From contig JAUCBJ010005200.1 in NCBI GenBank assembly GCA_032718475.1, forward strand, positions 1 to 34,752: a stretch of DNA of 34,752 nucleotides, written 5' to 3'. Source of the DNA: Nemertoderma westbladi. Taxonomy: Eukaryota > Animalia > Xenacoelomorpha. The translations under genes and the position numbers were made by a program. The first letter of the stretch is position 1, and each line of letters begins with the position of its first letter. Below, in pieces: positions 1-15,000 of the stretch. The notes below the pieces were generated by a model. The model saw only the letters and a program-made list of their open reading frames with translations. It did not search any database and had not been told where the DNA came from.

Positions 1-3000
1 CTATATCATAAGCACAACTACTATCTCATGCACACAACTTATGTCTCGTGCGTCACTACTTACTCTCGACTTATATCCCGTGCGCACAACTTACTATCCC
101 GTGCGCACAACTTACTATCCCGTGCGCACAACTTACTATCCCGTGCGCACAACTTACTATCCCGTGCGCACAACTTACTCCCGTGCGCACAACTTACGAT
201 CCGTGCGCACAACTTACTATCCCGTGCGCACAACTTACTATCCCGTGCGCACAACTTACTATCCCGTGCGCACAACTTACTATCCCCTCCGTGCGCACAA
301 CTCTACCTATCCCGTGCGCACAACTTACTATCCCGTGCGCACAACTTACTATCCCGTGCGCACAACTTACTATCCCGTGCGCCAACTTACTATCCCGTGC
401 GCACAACTTACTATCCGTGCGCACAACTTACTATCCCGTGCGCACAACTTACTCCCGTGCGCACAACTTACTATCCCCGTGCGCACAACTTACTATCCGT
501 GCGCACACTTACTATCCCGTGCGCACAACTTACTATCCCGTGCGCACAACTTACTATCCCGTGCGCACAACTTACTATCCCGTGCGCACAACTTACTATC
601 CCGTGCGCACAACTTACTATCTCGTGTTCACAACTTACTATATCATAAGCACAACTTACTATCTCATGCACACAACTTATGTCTCGTGCGTACTACTTAC
701 TATCCCGTGCGCACAACTTACTATCTCGTGTTCACAACTTACTATATCATAAGCACAACTTACTATCTCATGCACACAACTTATGTCTCGTGCGTACTAC
801 TTACTATCCCGTGCGCACAACTTACTATATCATAAGGCACAACTTACTATCTCATGCACACAACTTATGTCTCGTGCGTACTACTTACTATCCCGTGCGC
901 ACAACTTACTATCTCGTGTTCACAACTTACTATATCATAAGCACAACTTACTATCTCATGCACACAACTTATGTCTCGTGCGTACTACTTACTATCCCGT
1001 GCGCACAACTTACTATCTCGTGTTCACAACTTACTATATCATAAGCACAACTTACTATCTCATGCACACAACTTATGTCTCGTGCGTACTACTTACTATC
1101 CCGTGCGCACAACTTACTATCCCGTGCGCACAACTTACTATCCCGTGCGCACAACTTACTATCCCGTGCGCACAACTTACTATCCCGTGCGCACAACTTA
1201 CTATCTCGTGTTCACAACTTACTATATCATAAGCACAACTTACTATCTCATGCACACAACTTATGTCTCGTGCGTACTACTTACTATCCCGTGCGCACAA
1301 CTTACTATCTCGTGTTCACAACTTACTATATCATAAGCACAACTTACTATCTCATGCACACAACTTATGTCTCGTGCGTACTACTTACTATCCCGTGCGC
1401 ACAACTTACTATATCATAAGCACAACTTACTATCTCATGCACACAACTTATGTCTCGTGCGTACTACTTACTATCCCGTGCGCACAACTTACTATCCCGT
1501 GCGCACAACTTACTATCCCGTGCGCACAACTTACTATCTCGTGTTCACAACTTACTATATCATAAGCACAACTTACTATCTCATGCACACAACTTATGTC
1601 TCGTGCGTACTACTTACTATCCCGTGCGCACAACTTACTATCTCGTGTTCACAACTTACTATATCATAAGCACAACTTACTATCTCATGCACACAACTTA
1701 TGTCTCGTGCGTACTACTTACTATCCCGTGCGCACAACTTACTATCTCATGCACACAACTTATGTCTCGTGCGTACTACTTACTATCCCGTGCGCACAAC
1801 TTACTATCTCGTGTTCACAACTTACTATATCATAAGCACAACTTACTATCTCATGCACACAACTTATGTCTCGTGCGTACTACTTACTATCCCGTGCGCA
1901 CAACTTACTATCTCGTGTTCACAACTTACTATATCATAAGCACAACTTACTATCTCATGCACACAACTTATGTCTCGTGCGTACTACTTACTATCCCGTG
2001 CGCACAACTTACTATCTCGTGTTCACAACTTACTATATCATAAGCACAACTTACTATCTCATGCACACAACTTATGTCTCGTGCGTACTACTTACTATCC
2101 CGTGCGCACAACTTACTATCTCGTGTTCACAACTTACTATATCATAAGCACAACTTACTATCTCGTGCACACAACTTATGTCTCGTGCGTACTACTTACT
2201 ATCCCGTGCGCACAACTTACTATCTCATGCACACAACTTATGTCTCGTGCGTACTACTTACTATCCCGTGCGCACAACTTACTATCTCATGCACACAACT
2301 TATGTCTCGTGCGTACTACTTACTATCCCGTGCGCACAACTTACTATCTCGTGTTCACAACTTACTATATCATAAGCACAACTTACTATCTCATGCACAC
2401 AACTTATGTCTCGTGCGTACTACTTACTATCCCGTGCGCACAACTTACTATCTCGTGTTCACAACTTACTATATCATAAGCACAACTTACTATCTCATGC
2501 ACACAACTTATGTCTCGTGCGTACTACTTACTATCCCGTGCGCACAACTTACTATCTCGTGCACACAACTTATGTCTCGTGCGTACTACTTACTATCCCG
2601 TGCGCACAACTTACTATCTCGTGTTCACAACTTACTATATCATAAGCACAACTTACTATCTCATGCACACAACTTATGTCTCGTGCGTACTACTTACTAT
2701 CCCGTGCGCACAACTTACTATCTCGTGTTCACAACTTACTATATCATAAGCACAACTTACTATCTCATGCACACAACTTATGTCTCGTGCGTACTACTTA
2801 CTATCCCGTGCGCACAACTTACTATCTCGTGCACACAACTTATGTCTCGTGCGTACTACTTACTATCCCGTGCGCACAACTTACTATCTCGTGTTCACAA
2901 CTTACTATCCCGTGCGCACAACTTACTATCTCGTGTTCACAACTTACTATATCATAAGCACAACTTACTATCTCATGCACACAACTTATGTCTCGTGCGT

Positions 3001-6000
3001 ACTACTTACTATCCCGTGCGCACAACTTACTATCCCGTGCGCACAACTTACTATCTCATGCGCACAACTTACTATCTCATGCACACAACTTATGTCTCGT
3101 GCGTACTACTTACTATCCCGTGCGCACAACTTACTATCTCATGCGCACAACTTACTATCTCATGCACACAACTTATGTCTCGTGCGTACTACTTACTATC
3201 CCGTGCGCACAACTTACTATCCCGTGCGCACAACTTACTATCTCGTGTTCACAACTTACTATATCATAAGCACAACTTACTATCTCATGCACACAACTTA
3301 TGTCTCGTGCGTACTACTTACTATCCCGTGCGCACAACTTACTATCTCGTGCACACAACTTATGTCTCGTGCGTACTACTTACTATCTCATGCACACAAC
3401 TTATGTCTCGTGCGTACTACTTACTATCTCATGCGCACAACTTACTATCTCATGCACACAACTTATGTCTCGTGCGTACTACTTACTATCCCGTGCGCAC
3501 AACTTACTATCTCGTGTTCACAACTTACTATATCATAAGCACAACTTACTATCTCGTGCACACAACTTATGTCTCGTGCGTACTACTTACTATCCCGTGC
3601 GCACAACTTACTATCTCATGCACACAACTTATGTCTCGTGCGTACTACTTACTATCCCGTGCGCACAACTTACTATCTCATGCACACAACTTATGTCTCG
3701 TGCGTACTACTTACTATCCCGTGCGCACAACTTACTATCTCGTGTTCACAACTTACTATATCATAAGCACAACTTACTATCTCATGCACACAACTTATGT
3801 CTCGTGCGTACTACTTACTATCCCGTGCGCACAACTTACTATCTCGTGTTCACAACTTACTATATCATAAGCACAACTTACTATCTCATGCACACAACTT
3901 ATGTCTCGTGCGTACTACTTACTATCCCGTGCGCACAACTTACTATCTCGTGTTCACAACTTACTATATCATAAGCACAACTTACTATCTCGTGCACACA
4001 ACTTATGTCTCGTGCGTACTACTTACTATCCCGTGCGCACAACTTACTATCTCGTGTTCACAACTTACTATCCCGTGCGCACAACTTACTATCTCGTGTT
4101 CACAACTTACTATATCATAAGCACAACTTACTATCTCATGCACACAACTTATGTCTCGTGCGTACTACTTACTATCCCGTGCGCACAACTTACTATCCCG
4201 TGCGCACAACTTACTATCTCATGCGCACAACTTACTATCTCATGCACACAACTTATGTCTCGTGCGTACTACTTACTATCCCGTGCGCACAACTTACTAT
4301 CTCATGCGCACAACTTACTATCTCATGCACACAACTTATGTCTCGTGCGTACTACTTACTATCCCGTGCGCACAACTTACTATCTCGTGTTCACAACTTA
4401 CTATATCATAAGCACAACTTACTATCTCATGCACACAACTTATGTCTCGTGCGTACTACTTACTATCCCGTGCGCACAACTTACTATCTCGTGTTCACAA
4501 CTTACTATATCATAAGCACAACTTACTATCTCGTGCACACAACTTATGTCTCGTGCGTACTACTTACTATCCCGTGCGCACAACTTACTATCTCGTGTTC
4601 ACAACTTACTATATCATAAGCACAACTTACTATCTCGTGCACACAACTTATGTCTCGTGCGTACTACTTACTATCCCGTGCGCACAACTTACTATCTCGT
4701 GTTCACAACTTACTATATCATAAGCACAACTTACTATCTCGTGCACACAACTTATGTCTCGTGCGTACTACTTACTATCCCGTGCGCACAACTTACTATC
4801 TCGTGTTCACAACTTACTATATCATAAGCACAACTTACTATCTCGTGCACACAACTTATGTCTCGTGCGTACTACTTACTATCCCGTGCGCACAACTTAC
4901 TATCTCGTGTTCACAACTTACTATATCATAAGCACAACTTACTATCTCGTGCACACAACTTATGTCTCGTGCGTACTACTTACTATCCCGTGCGCACAAC
5001 TTACTATCTCGTGTTCACAACTTACTATATCATAAGCACAACTTACTATCTCATGCACACAACTTATGTCTCGTGCGTACTACTTACTATCCCGTGCGCA
5101 CAACTTACTATCTCGTGCACACAACTTATGTCTCGTGCGTACTACTTACTATCCCGTGCGCACAACTTACTATCTCGTGTTCACAACTTACTATATCATA
5201 AGCACAACTTACTATCTCATGCACACAACTTATGTCTCGTGCGTACTACTTACTATCCCGTGCGCACAACTTACTATCTCGTGTTCACAACTTACTATAT
5301 CATAAGCACAACTTACTATCTCGTGCACACAACTTATGTCTCGTGCGTACTACTTACTATCCCGTGCGCACAACTTACTATCTCGTGTTCACAACTTACT
5401 ATATCATAAGCACAACTTACTATCTCGTGCACACAACTTATGTCTCGTGCGTACTACTTACTATCCCGTGCGCACAACTTACTATCTCGTGTTCACAACT
5501 TACTATATCATAAGCACAACTTACTATCTCGTGCACACAACTTATGTCTCGTGCGTACTACTTACTATCCCGTGCGCACAACTTACTATCTCGTGTTCAC
5601 AACTTACTATATCATAAGCACAACTTACTATCTCGTGCACACAACTTATGTCTCGTGCGTACTACTTACTATCCCGTGCGCACAACTTACTATCTCGTGT
5701 TCACAACTTACTATATCATAAGCACAACTTACTATCTCGTGCACACAACTTATGTCTCGTGCGTACTACTTACTATCCCGTGCGCACAACTTACTATCTC
5801 GTGTTCACAACTTACTATATCATAAGCACAACTTACTATCTCGTGCACACAACTTATGTCTCGTGCGTACTACTTACTATCCCGTGCGCACAACTTACTA
5901 TCTCGTGTTCACAACTTACTATATCATAAGCACAACTTACTATCTCGTGCACACAACTTATGTCTCGTGCGTACTACTTACTATCCCGTGCGCACAACTT

Positions 6001-9000
6001 ACTATCTCGTGTTCACAACTTACTATATCATAAGCACAACTTACTATCTCGTGCACACAACTTATGTCTCGTGCGTACTACTTACTATCCCGTGCGCACA
6101 ACTTACTATCTCGTGCGCACAACTTACTATCTCGTGTTCACAACTTACTATATCATAAGCACAACTTACTATCTCGTGCACACAACTTATGTCTCGTGCG
6201 TACTACTTACTATCCCGTGCGCACAACTTACTATCTCGTGTTCACAACTTACTATATCATAAGCACAACTTACTATCTCGTGCACACAACTTATGTCTCG
6301 TGCGTACTACTTACTATCCCGTGCGCACAACTTACTATCTCGTGTTCACAACTTACTATATCATAAGCACAACTTACTATCTCGTGCACACAACTTATGT
6401 CTCGTGCGTACTACTTACTATCCCGTGCGCACAACTTACTATCTCGTGTTCACAACTTACTATATCATAAGCACAACTTACTATCTCGTGCACACAACTT
6501 ATGTCTCGTGCGTACTACTTACTATCCCGTGCGCACAACTTACTATCTCGTGTTCACAACTTACTATATCATAAGCACAACTTACTATCTCATGCACACA
6601 ACTTATGTCTCGTGCGTACTACTTACTATCCCGTGCGCACAACTTACTATCTCGTGTTCACAACTTACTATATCATAAGCACAACTTACTATCTCATGCG
6701 CACAACTTATGTCTCGTGCGTACTACTTACTATCCCGTGCGCACAACTTACTATCTCGTGTTCACAACTTACTATATCATAAGCACAACTTACTATCTCG
6801 TGTTCACAACTTACTATATCATAAGCACAACTTACTATCTCGTGTTCACAACTTACTATATCATAAGCACAACTTACTATCCCGTGCGCACAACTTACTA
6901 TCTCGTGTTCACAACTTACTATATCATAAGCACAACTTACTATCTCGTGCACACAACTTATGTCTCGTGCGTACTACTTACTATCCCGTGCGCACAACTT
7001 ACTATCTCGTGTTCACAACTTACTATATCATAAGCACAACTTACTATCTCGTGCACACAACTTATGTCTCGTGCGTACTACTTACTATCCCGTGCGCACA
7101 ACTTACTATCTCGTGTTCACAACTTACTATATCATAAGCACAACTTACTATCTCGTGCACACAACTTATGTCTCGTGCGTACTACTTACTATCCCGTGCG
7201 CACAACTTACTATCTCGTGTTCACAACTTACTATATCATAAGCACAACTTACTATCTCGTGTTCACAACTTACTATATCATAAGCACAACTTACTATCTC
7301 GTGTTCACAACTTACTATATCATAAGCACAACTTACTATCTCATGCGCACAACTTATGTCTCGTGCGTACTACTTACTATCCCGTGCGCACAACTTATGT
7401 CTCGTGCGTACTACTTACTATCTCGTGCACACAACTTATGTCTCGTGCGTACTACTTACTATCCCGTGCGCACAACTTACTATCTCGTGTTCACAACTTA
7501 CTATATCATAAGCACAACTTACTATCTCGTGCACACAACTTATGTCTCGTGCGTACTACTTACTATCCCGTGCGCACAACTTACTATCTCGTGTTCACAA
7601 CTTACTATATCATAAGCACAACTTACTATCTCGTGTTCACAACTTACTATATCATAAGCACAACTTACTATCTCGTGTTCACAACTTACTATATCATAAG
7701 CACAACTTACTATCTCATGCGCACAACTTATGTCTCGTGCGTACTACTTACTATCTCGTGTTCACAACTTACTATATCATAAGCACAACTTATGTCTCGT
7801 GCGTACTACTTACTATCCCGTGCGCACAACTTACTATCTCGTGTTCACAACTTACTATATCATAAGCACAACTTACTATCTCGTGCACACAACTTATGTC
7901 TCGTGCGTACTACTTACTATCCCGTGCGCACAACTTACTATCTCGTGTTCACAACTTACTATATCATAAGCACAACTTACTATCTCGTGTTCACAACTTA
8001 CTATATCATAAGCACAACTTACTATCTCGTGTTCACAACTTACTATATCATAAGCACAACTTACTATCTCGTGTTCACAACTTACTATATCATAAGCACA
8101 ACTTACTATCTCGTGTTCACAACTTACTATATCATAAGCACAACTTACTATCTCATGCGCACAACTTATGTCTCGTGCGTACTACTTACTATCCCGTGCG
8201 CACAACTTACTATCTCGTGTTCACAACTTACTATATCATAAGCACAACTTACTATCTCGTGCACACAACTTATGTCTCGTGCGTACTACTTACTATCCCG
8301 TGCGCACAACTTACTATCTCGTGTTCACAACTTACTATATCATAAGCACAACTTACTATCTCGTGCACACAACTTATGTCTCGTGCGTACTACTTACTAT
8401 CCCGTGCGCACAACTTACTATCTCGTGTTCACAACTTACTATATCATAAGCACAACTTACTATCTCATGCACACAACTTATGTCTCGTGCGTACTACTTA
8501 CTATCCCGTGCGCACAACTTACTATCCCGTGCGCACAACTTACTATCTCGTGTTCACAACTTACTATATCATAAGCACAACTTACTATCCCGTGCGCACA
8601 ACTTACTATCTCGTGCGCACAACTTACTATCTCGTGCGCACAACTTACTATCTCATACGCACAACTTATACTATCTCATACGCACAACTTACTATGCACA
8701 CAACATCCCATGCGCACAACTTACTATCTCGTGCACACAACTTATGTCTCGTGCGTACTACTTACTATCCCGTGCGCACAACTTACTATCTCGTGTTCAC
8801 AACTTACTATATCATAAGCACAACTTACTATCCCGTGCGCACAACTTACTATCTCGTGCGCACAACTTACTATCTCGTGCGCACAACTTACTATCTCATA
8901 CGCACAACTTATACTATCTCATACGCACAACTTACTATGCACACAACATCCCATGCGCACAACTTACTATCTCGTGCACACAACTTATGTCTCGTGCGTA

Positions 9001-12000
9001 CTACTTACTATCCCGTGCGCACAACTTACTATCTCGTGTTCACAACTTACTATATCATAAGCACAACTTACTATCCCGTGCGCACAACTTACTATCTCGT
9101 GCGCACAACTTACTATCTCGTGCGCACAACTTACTATCTCATACGCACAACTTATACTATCTCATACGCACAACTTACTATGCACACAACATCCCATGCG
9201 CTCAACTAAATATCTCGTGCGTACTACTTACTATCCCGTGCGCACAACTTACTATCTCGTGTTCACAACTTACTATATCATAAGCACAACTTACTATCCC
9301 GTGCGCACAACTTACTATCTCGTGCGCACAACTTACTATCTCGTGCGCACAACTTACTATCTCATACGCACAACTTATACTATCTCATACGCACAACTTA
9401 CTATGCACACAACATCCCATGCGCACAACTTACTATCTCGTGCACACAACTTATGTCTCGTGCGTACTACTTACTATCCCGTGCGCACAACTTACTATCC
9501 CGTGCGCACAACTTACTATCTCGTGTTCACAACTTACTATATCATAAGCACAACTTACTATCTCGTGCACACAACTTATGTCTCGTGCGTACTACTTACT
9601 ATCCCGTGCGCACAACTTACTATCCCGTGCGCACAACTTACTATCTCGTGTTCACAACTTACTATATCATAAGCACAACTTACTATCCCGTGCGCACAAC
9701 TTACTATCTCGTGCGCACAACTTACTATCTCGTGCGCACAACTTACTATCTCATACGCACAACTTATACTATCTCATACGCACAACTTACTATGCACACA
9801 ACATCCCATGCGCACAACTTACTATCTCGTGCACACAACTTATGTCTCGTGCGTACTACTTACTATCCCGTGCGCACAACTTACTATCTCGTGTTCACAA
9901 CTTACTATATCATAAGCACAACTTACTATCTCATGCACACAACTTATGTCTCGTGCGCACAACTTACTATCTCGTGCACACAACTTACTATCCCGTGCGC
10001 ACAACTTACTATCTCGTGTTCACAACTTACTATATCATAAGCACAACTTACTATCCCGTGCGCACAACTTACTATCTCGTGCGCACAACTTACTATCTCG
10101 TGCGCACAACTTACTATCTCATACGCACAACTTATACTATCTCATACGCACAACTTACTATGCACACAACATCCCATGCGCACAACTTACTATCTCGTGC
10201 ACACAACTTATGTCTCGTGCGTACTACTTACTATCCCGTGCGCACAACTTACTATCTCGTGTTCACAACTTACTATATCATAAGCACAACTTACTATCTC
10301 ATGCACACAACTTATGTCTCGTGCGTACTACTTACTATCCCGTGCGCACAACTTACTATCTCGTGTTCACAACTTACTATATCATAAGCACAACTTACTA
10401 TCTCGTGCACACAACTTATGTCTCGTGCGTACTACTTACTATCCCGTGCGCACAACTTACTATCTCGTGTTCACAACTTACTATATCATAAGCACAACTT
10501 ACTATCTCGTGCACACAACTTATGTCTCGTGCGTACTACTTACTATCCCGTGCGCACAACTTACTATCTCGTGTTCACAACTTACTATATCATAAGCACA
10601 ACTTACTATCTCGTGCACACAACTTATGTCTCGTGCGTACTACTTACTATCCCGTGCGCACAACTTACTATCTCGTGTTCACAACTTACTATATCATAAG
10701 CACAACTTACTATCTCATGCACACAACTTATGTCTCGTGCGCACAACTTACTATCTCGTGCACACAACTTATGTCTCGTGCGTACTACTTACTATCCCGT
10801 GCGCACAACTTACTATCTCGTGTTCACAACTTACTATATCATAAGCACAACTTACTATCTCGTGCACACAACTTATGTCTCGTGCGTACTACTTACTATC
10901 CCGTGCGCACAACTTACTATCTCATACGCACAACTTATACTATCTCATACGCACAACTTACTATGCACACAACATCCCATGCGCACAACTTACTATCTCG
11001 TGCACACAACTTATGTCTCGTGCGTACTACTTACTATCCCGTGCGCACAACTTACTATCTCGTGTTCACAACTTACTATATCATAAGCACAACTTACTAT
11101 CTCATGCACACAACTTATGTCTCGTGCGCACAACTTACTATCTCGTGCACACAACTTATGTCTCGTGCGTACTACTTACTATCCCGTGCGCACAACTTAC
11201 TATCTCGTGTTCACAACTTACTATATCATAAGCACAACTTACTATCTCGTGCACACAACTTATGTCTCGTGCGTACTACTTACTATCCCGTGCGCACAAC
11301 TTACTATCTCATACGCACAACTTATACTATCTCATACGCACAACTTACTATGCACACAACATCCCATGCGCACAACTTACTATCTCGTGCACACAACTTA
11401 TGTCTCGTGCGTACTACTTACTATCCCGTGCGCACAACTTACTATCTCGTGTTCACAACTTACTATATCATAAGCACAACTTACTATCTCATGCACACAA
11501 CTTATGTCTCGTGCGCACAACTTACTATCTCGTGCACACAACTTATGTCTCGTGCGTACTACTTACTATCCCGTGCGCACAACTTACTATCTCGTGTTCA
11601 CAACTTACTATATCATAAGCACAACTTACTATCTCGTGCACACAACTTATGTCTCGTGCGTACTACTTACTATCCCGTGCGCACAACTTACTATCTCGTG
11701 TTCACAACTTACTATATCATAAGCACAACTTACTATCTCATGCACACAACTTATGTCTCGTGCGCACAACTTACTATCTCGTGCACACAACTTATGTCTC
11801 GTGCGTACTACTTACTATCCCGTGCGCACAACTTACTATCTCGTGTTCACAACTTACTATATCATAAGCACAACTTACTATCTCGTGCACACAACTTATG
11901 TCTCGTGCGTACTACTTACTATCCCGTGCGCACAACTTACTATCTCGTGTTCACAACTTACTATATCATAAGCACAACTTACTATCTCGTGCACACAACT

Positions 12001-15000
12001 TATGTCTCGTGCGTACTACTTACTATCCCGTGCGCACAACTTACTATCTCGTGTTCACAACTTACTATATCATAAGCACAACTTACTATCTCGTGCACAC
12101 AACTTATGTCTCGTGCGTACTACTTACTATCCCGTGCGCACAACTTACTATCTCGTGTTCACAACTTACTATATCATAAGCACAACTTACTATCTCGTGC
12201 ACACAACTTATGTCTCGTGCGTACTACTTACTATCCCGTGCGCACAACTTACTATCTCGTGTTCACAACTTACTATATCATAAGCACAACTTACTATCTC
12301 GTGCACACAACTTATGTCTCGTGCGTACTACTTACTATCCCGTGCGCACAACTTACTATCTCGTGTTCACAACTTACTATATCATAAGCACAACTTACTA
12401 TCTCGTGCACACAACTTATGTCTCGTGCGTACTACTTACTATCCCGTGCGCACAACTTACTATCTCGTGTTCACAACTTACTATATCATAAGCACAACTT
12501 ACTATCTCGTGCACACAACTTATGTCTCGTGCGTACTACTTACTATCCCGTGCGCACAACTTACTATCTCGTGTTCACAACTTACTATATCATAAGCACA
12601 ACTTACTATCTCGTGCACACAACTTATGTCTCGTGCGTACTACTTACTATCCCGTGCGCACAACTTACTATCTCGTGTTCACAACTTACTATATCATAAG
12701 CACAACTTACTATCTCGTGCGCACAACTTATGTCTCGTGCGTACTACTTACTATCCCGTGCGCACAACTTACTATCTCGTGTTCACAACTTACTATATCA
12801 TAAGCACAACTTACTATCTCATGCACACAACTTATGTCTCGTGCGTACTACTTACTATCCCGTGCGCACAACTTACTATCTCGTGTTCACAACTTACTAT
12901 ATCATAAGCACAACTTACTATCTCATGCACACAACTTATGTCTCGTGCGTACTACTTACTATCCCGTGCGCACAACTTATGTCTCGTGCGTACTACTTAC
13001 TATCCCGTGCGCACAACTTACTATCTCGTGTTCACAACTTACTATATCATAAGCACAACTTACTATCCCGTGCGCACAACTTATGTCTCGTGCGTACTAC
13101 TTACTATCCCGTGCGCACAACTTACTATCTCATGCACACAACTTATGTCTCGTGCGTACTACTTACTATCCCGTGCGCACAACTTACTATCTCGTGTTCA
13201 CAACTTACTATATCATAAGCACAACTTACTATCCCGTGCGCACAACTTATGTCTCGTGCGTACTACTTACTATCCCGTGCGCACAACTTACTATCTCATG
13301 CACACAACTTATGTCTCGTGCGTACTACTTACTATCCCGTGCGCACAACTTACTATCTCGTGTTCACAACTTACTATATCATAAGCACAACTTACTATCC
13401 CGTGCGCACAACTTATGTCTCGTGCGTACTACTTACTATCCCGTGCGCACAACTTACTATCTCGTGTTCACAACTTACTATATCATAAGCACAACTTACT
13501 ATCTCGTGCGCACAACTTATGTCTCGTGCGTACTACTTACTATCCCGTGCGCACAACTTACTATCTCGTGTTCACAACTTACTATATCATAAGCACAACT
13601 TACTATCTCGTGCGCACAACTTATGTCTCGTGCGTACTACTTACTATCCCGTGCGCACAACTTACTATCTCGTGTTCACAACTTACTATATCATAAGCAC
13701 AACTTACTATCTCGTGCGCACAACTTATGTCTCGTGCGTACTACTTACTATCCCGTGCGCACAACTTACTATCTCGTGTTCACAACTTACTATATCATAA
13801 GCACAACTTACTATCTCGTGCGCACAACTTATGTCTCGTGCGTACTACTTACTATCCCGTGCGCACAACTTACTATCTCGTGTTCACAACTTACTATATC
13901 ATAAGCACAACTTACTATCTCATGCACACAACTTATGTCTCGTGCGTACTACTTACTATCCCGTGCGCACAACTTACTATCTCATGCACACAACTTATGT
14001 CTCGTGCGTACTACTTACTATCCCGTGCGCACAACTTACTATCTCGTGTTCACAACTTACTATATCATAAGCACAACTTACTATCTCGTGCACACAACTT
14101 ATGTCTCGTGCGTACTACTTACTATCCCGTGCGCACAACTTACTATCTCATGCACACAACTTATGTCTCGTGCGTACTACTTACTATCCCGTGCGCACAA
14201 CTTACTATCTCGTGTTCACAACTTACTATATCATAAGCACAACTTACTATCTCGTGCGCACAACTTATGTCTCGTGCGTACTACTTACTATCCCGTGCGC
14301 ACAACTTACTATCTCGTGTTCACAACTTACTATATCATAAGCACAACTTACTATCTCGTGCGCACAACTTATGTCTCGTGCGTACTACTTACTATCCCGT
14401 GCGCACAACTTACTATCTCGTGTTCACAACTTACTATATCATAAGCACAACTTACTATCTCGTGCACACAACTTATGTCTCGTGCGTACTACTTACTATC
14501 CCGTGCGCACAACTTACTATCTCGTGTTCACAACTTACTATATCATAAGCACAACTTACTATCTCGTGCACACAACTTATGTCTCGTGCGTACTACTTAC
14601 TATCCCGTGCGCACAACTTACTATCTCGTGTTCACAACTTACTATATCATAAGCACAACTTACTATCCCGTGCGCACAACTTATGTCTCGTGCGTACTAC
14701 TTACTATCCCGTGCGCACAACTTACTATCTCATGCACACAACTTATGTCTCGTGCGTACTACTTACTATCCCGTGCGCACAACTTACTATCTCGTGTTCA
14801 CAACTTACTATATCATAAGCACAACTTACTATCTCATGCACACAACTTATGTCTCGTGCGTACTACTTACTATCCCGTGCGCACAACTTACTATCTCGTG
14901 TTCACAACTTACTATATCATAAGCACAACTTACTATCTCATGCACACAACTTATGTCTCGTGCGTACTACTTACTATCCCGTGCGCACAACTTACTATCT

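Noticed and set aside
73-620. Telomeric repeat (homogeneous C-rich strand at the left end)
   Set aside because: HOR-type variant monomers occur further left (1-60), so the tract is not terminal. The indels look like low-coverage long-read errors and the unit matches no telomere motif I know.
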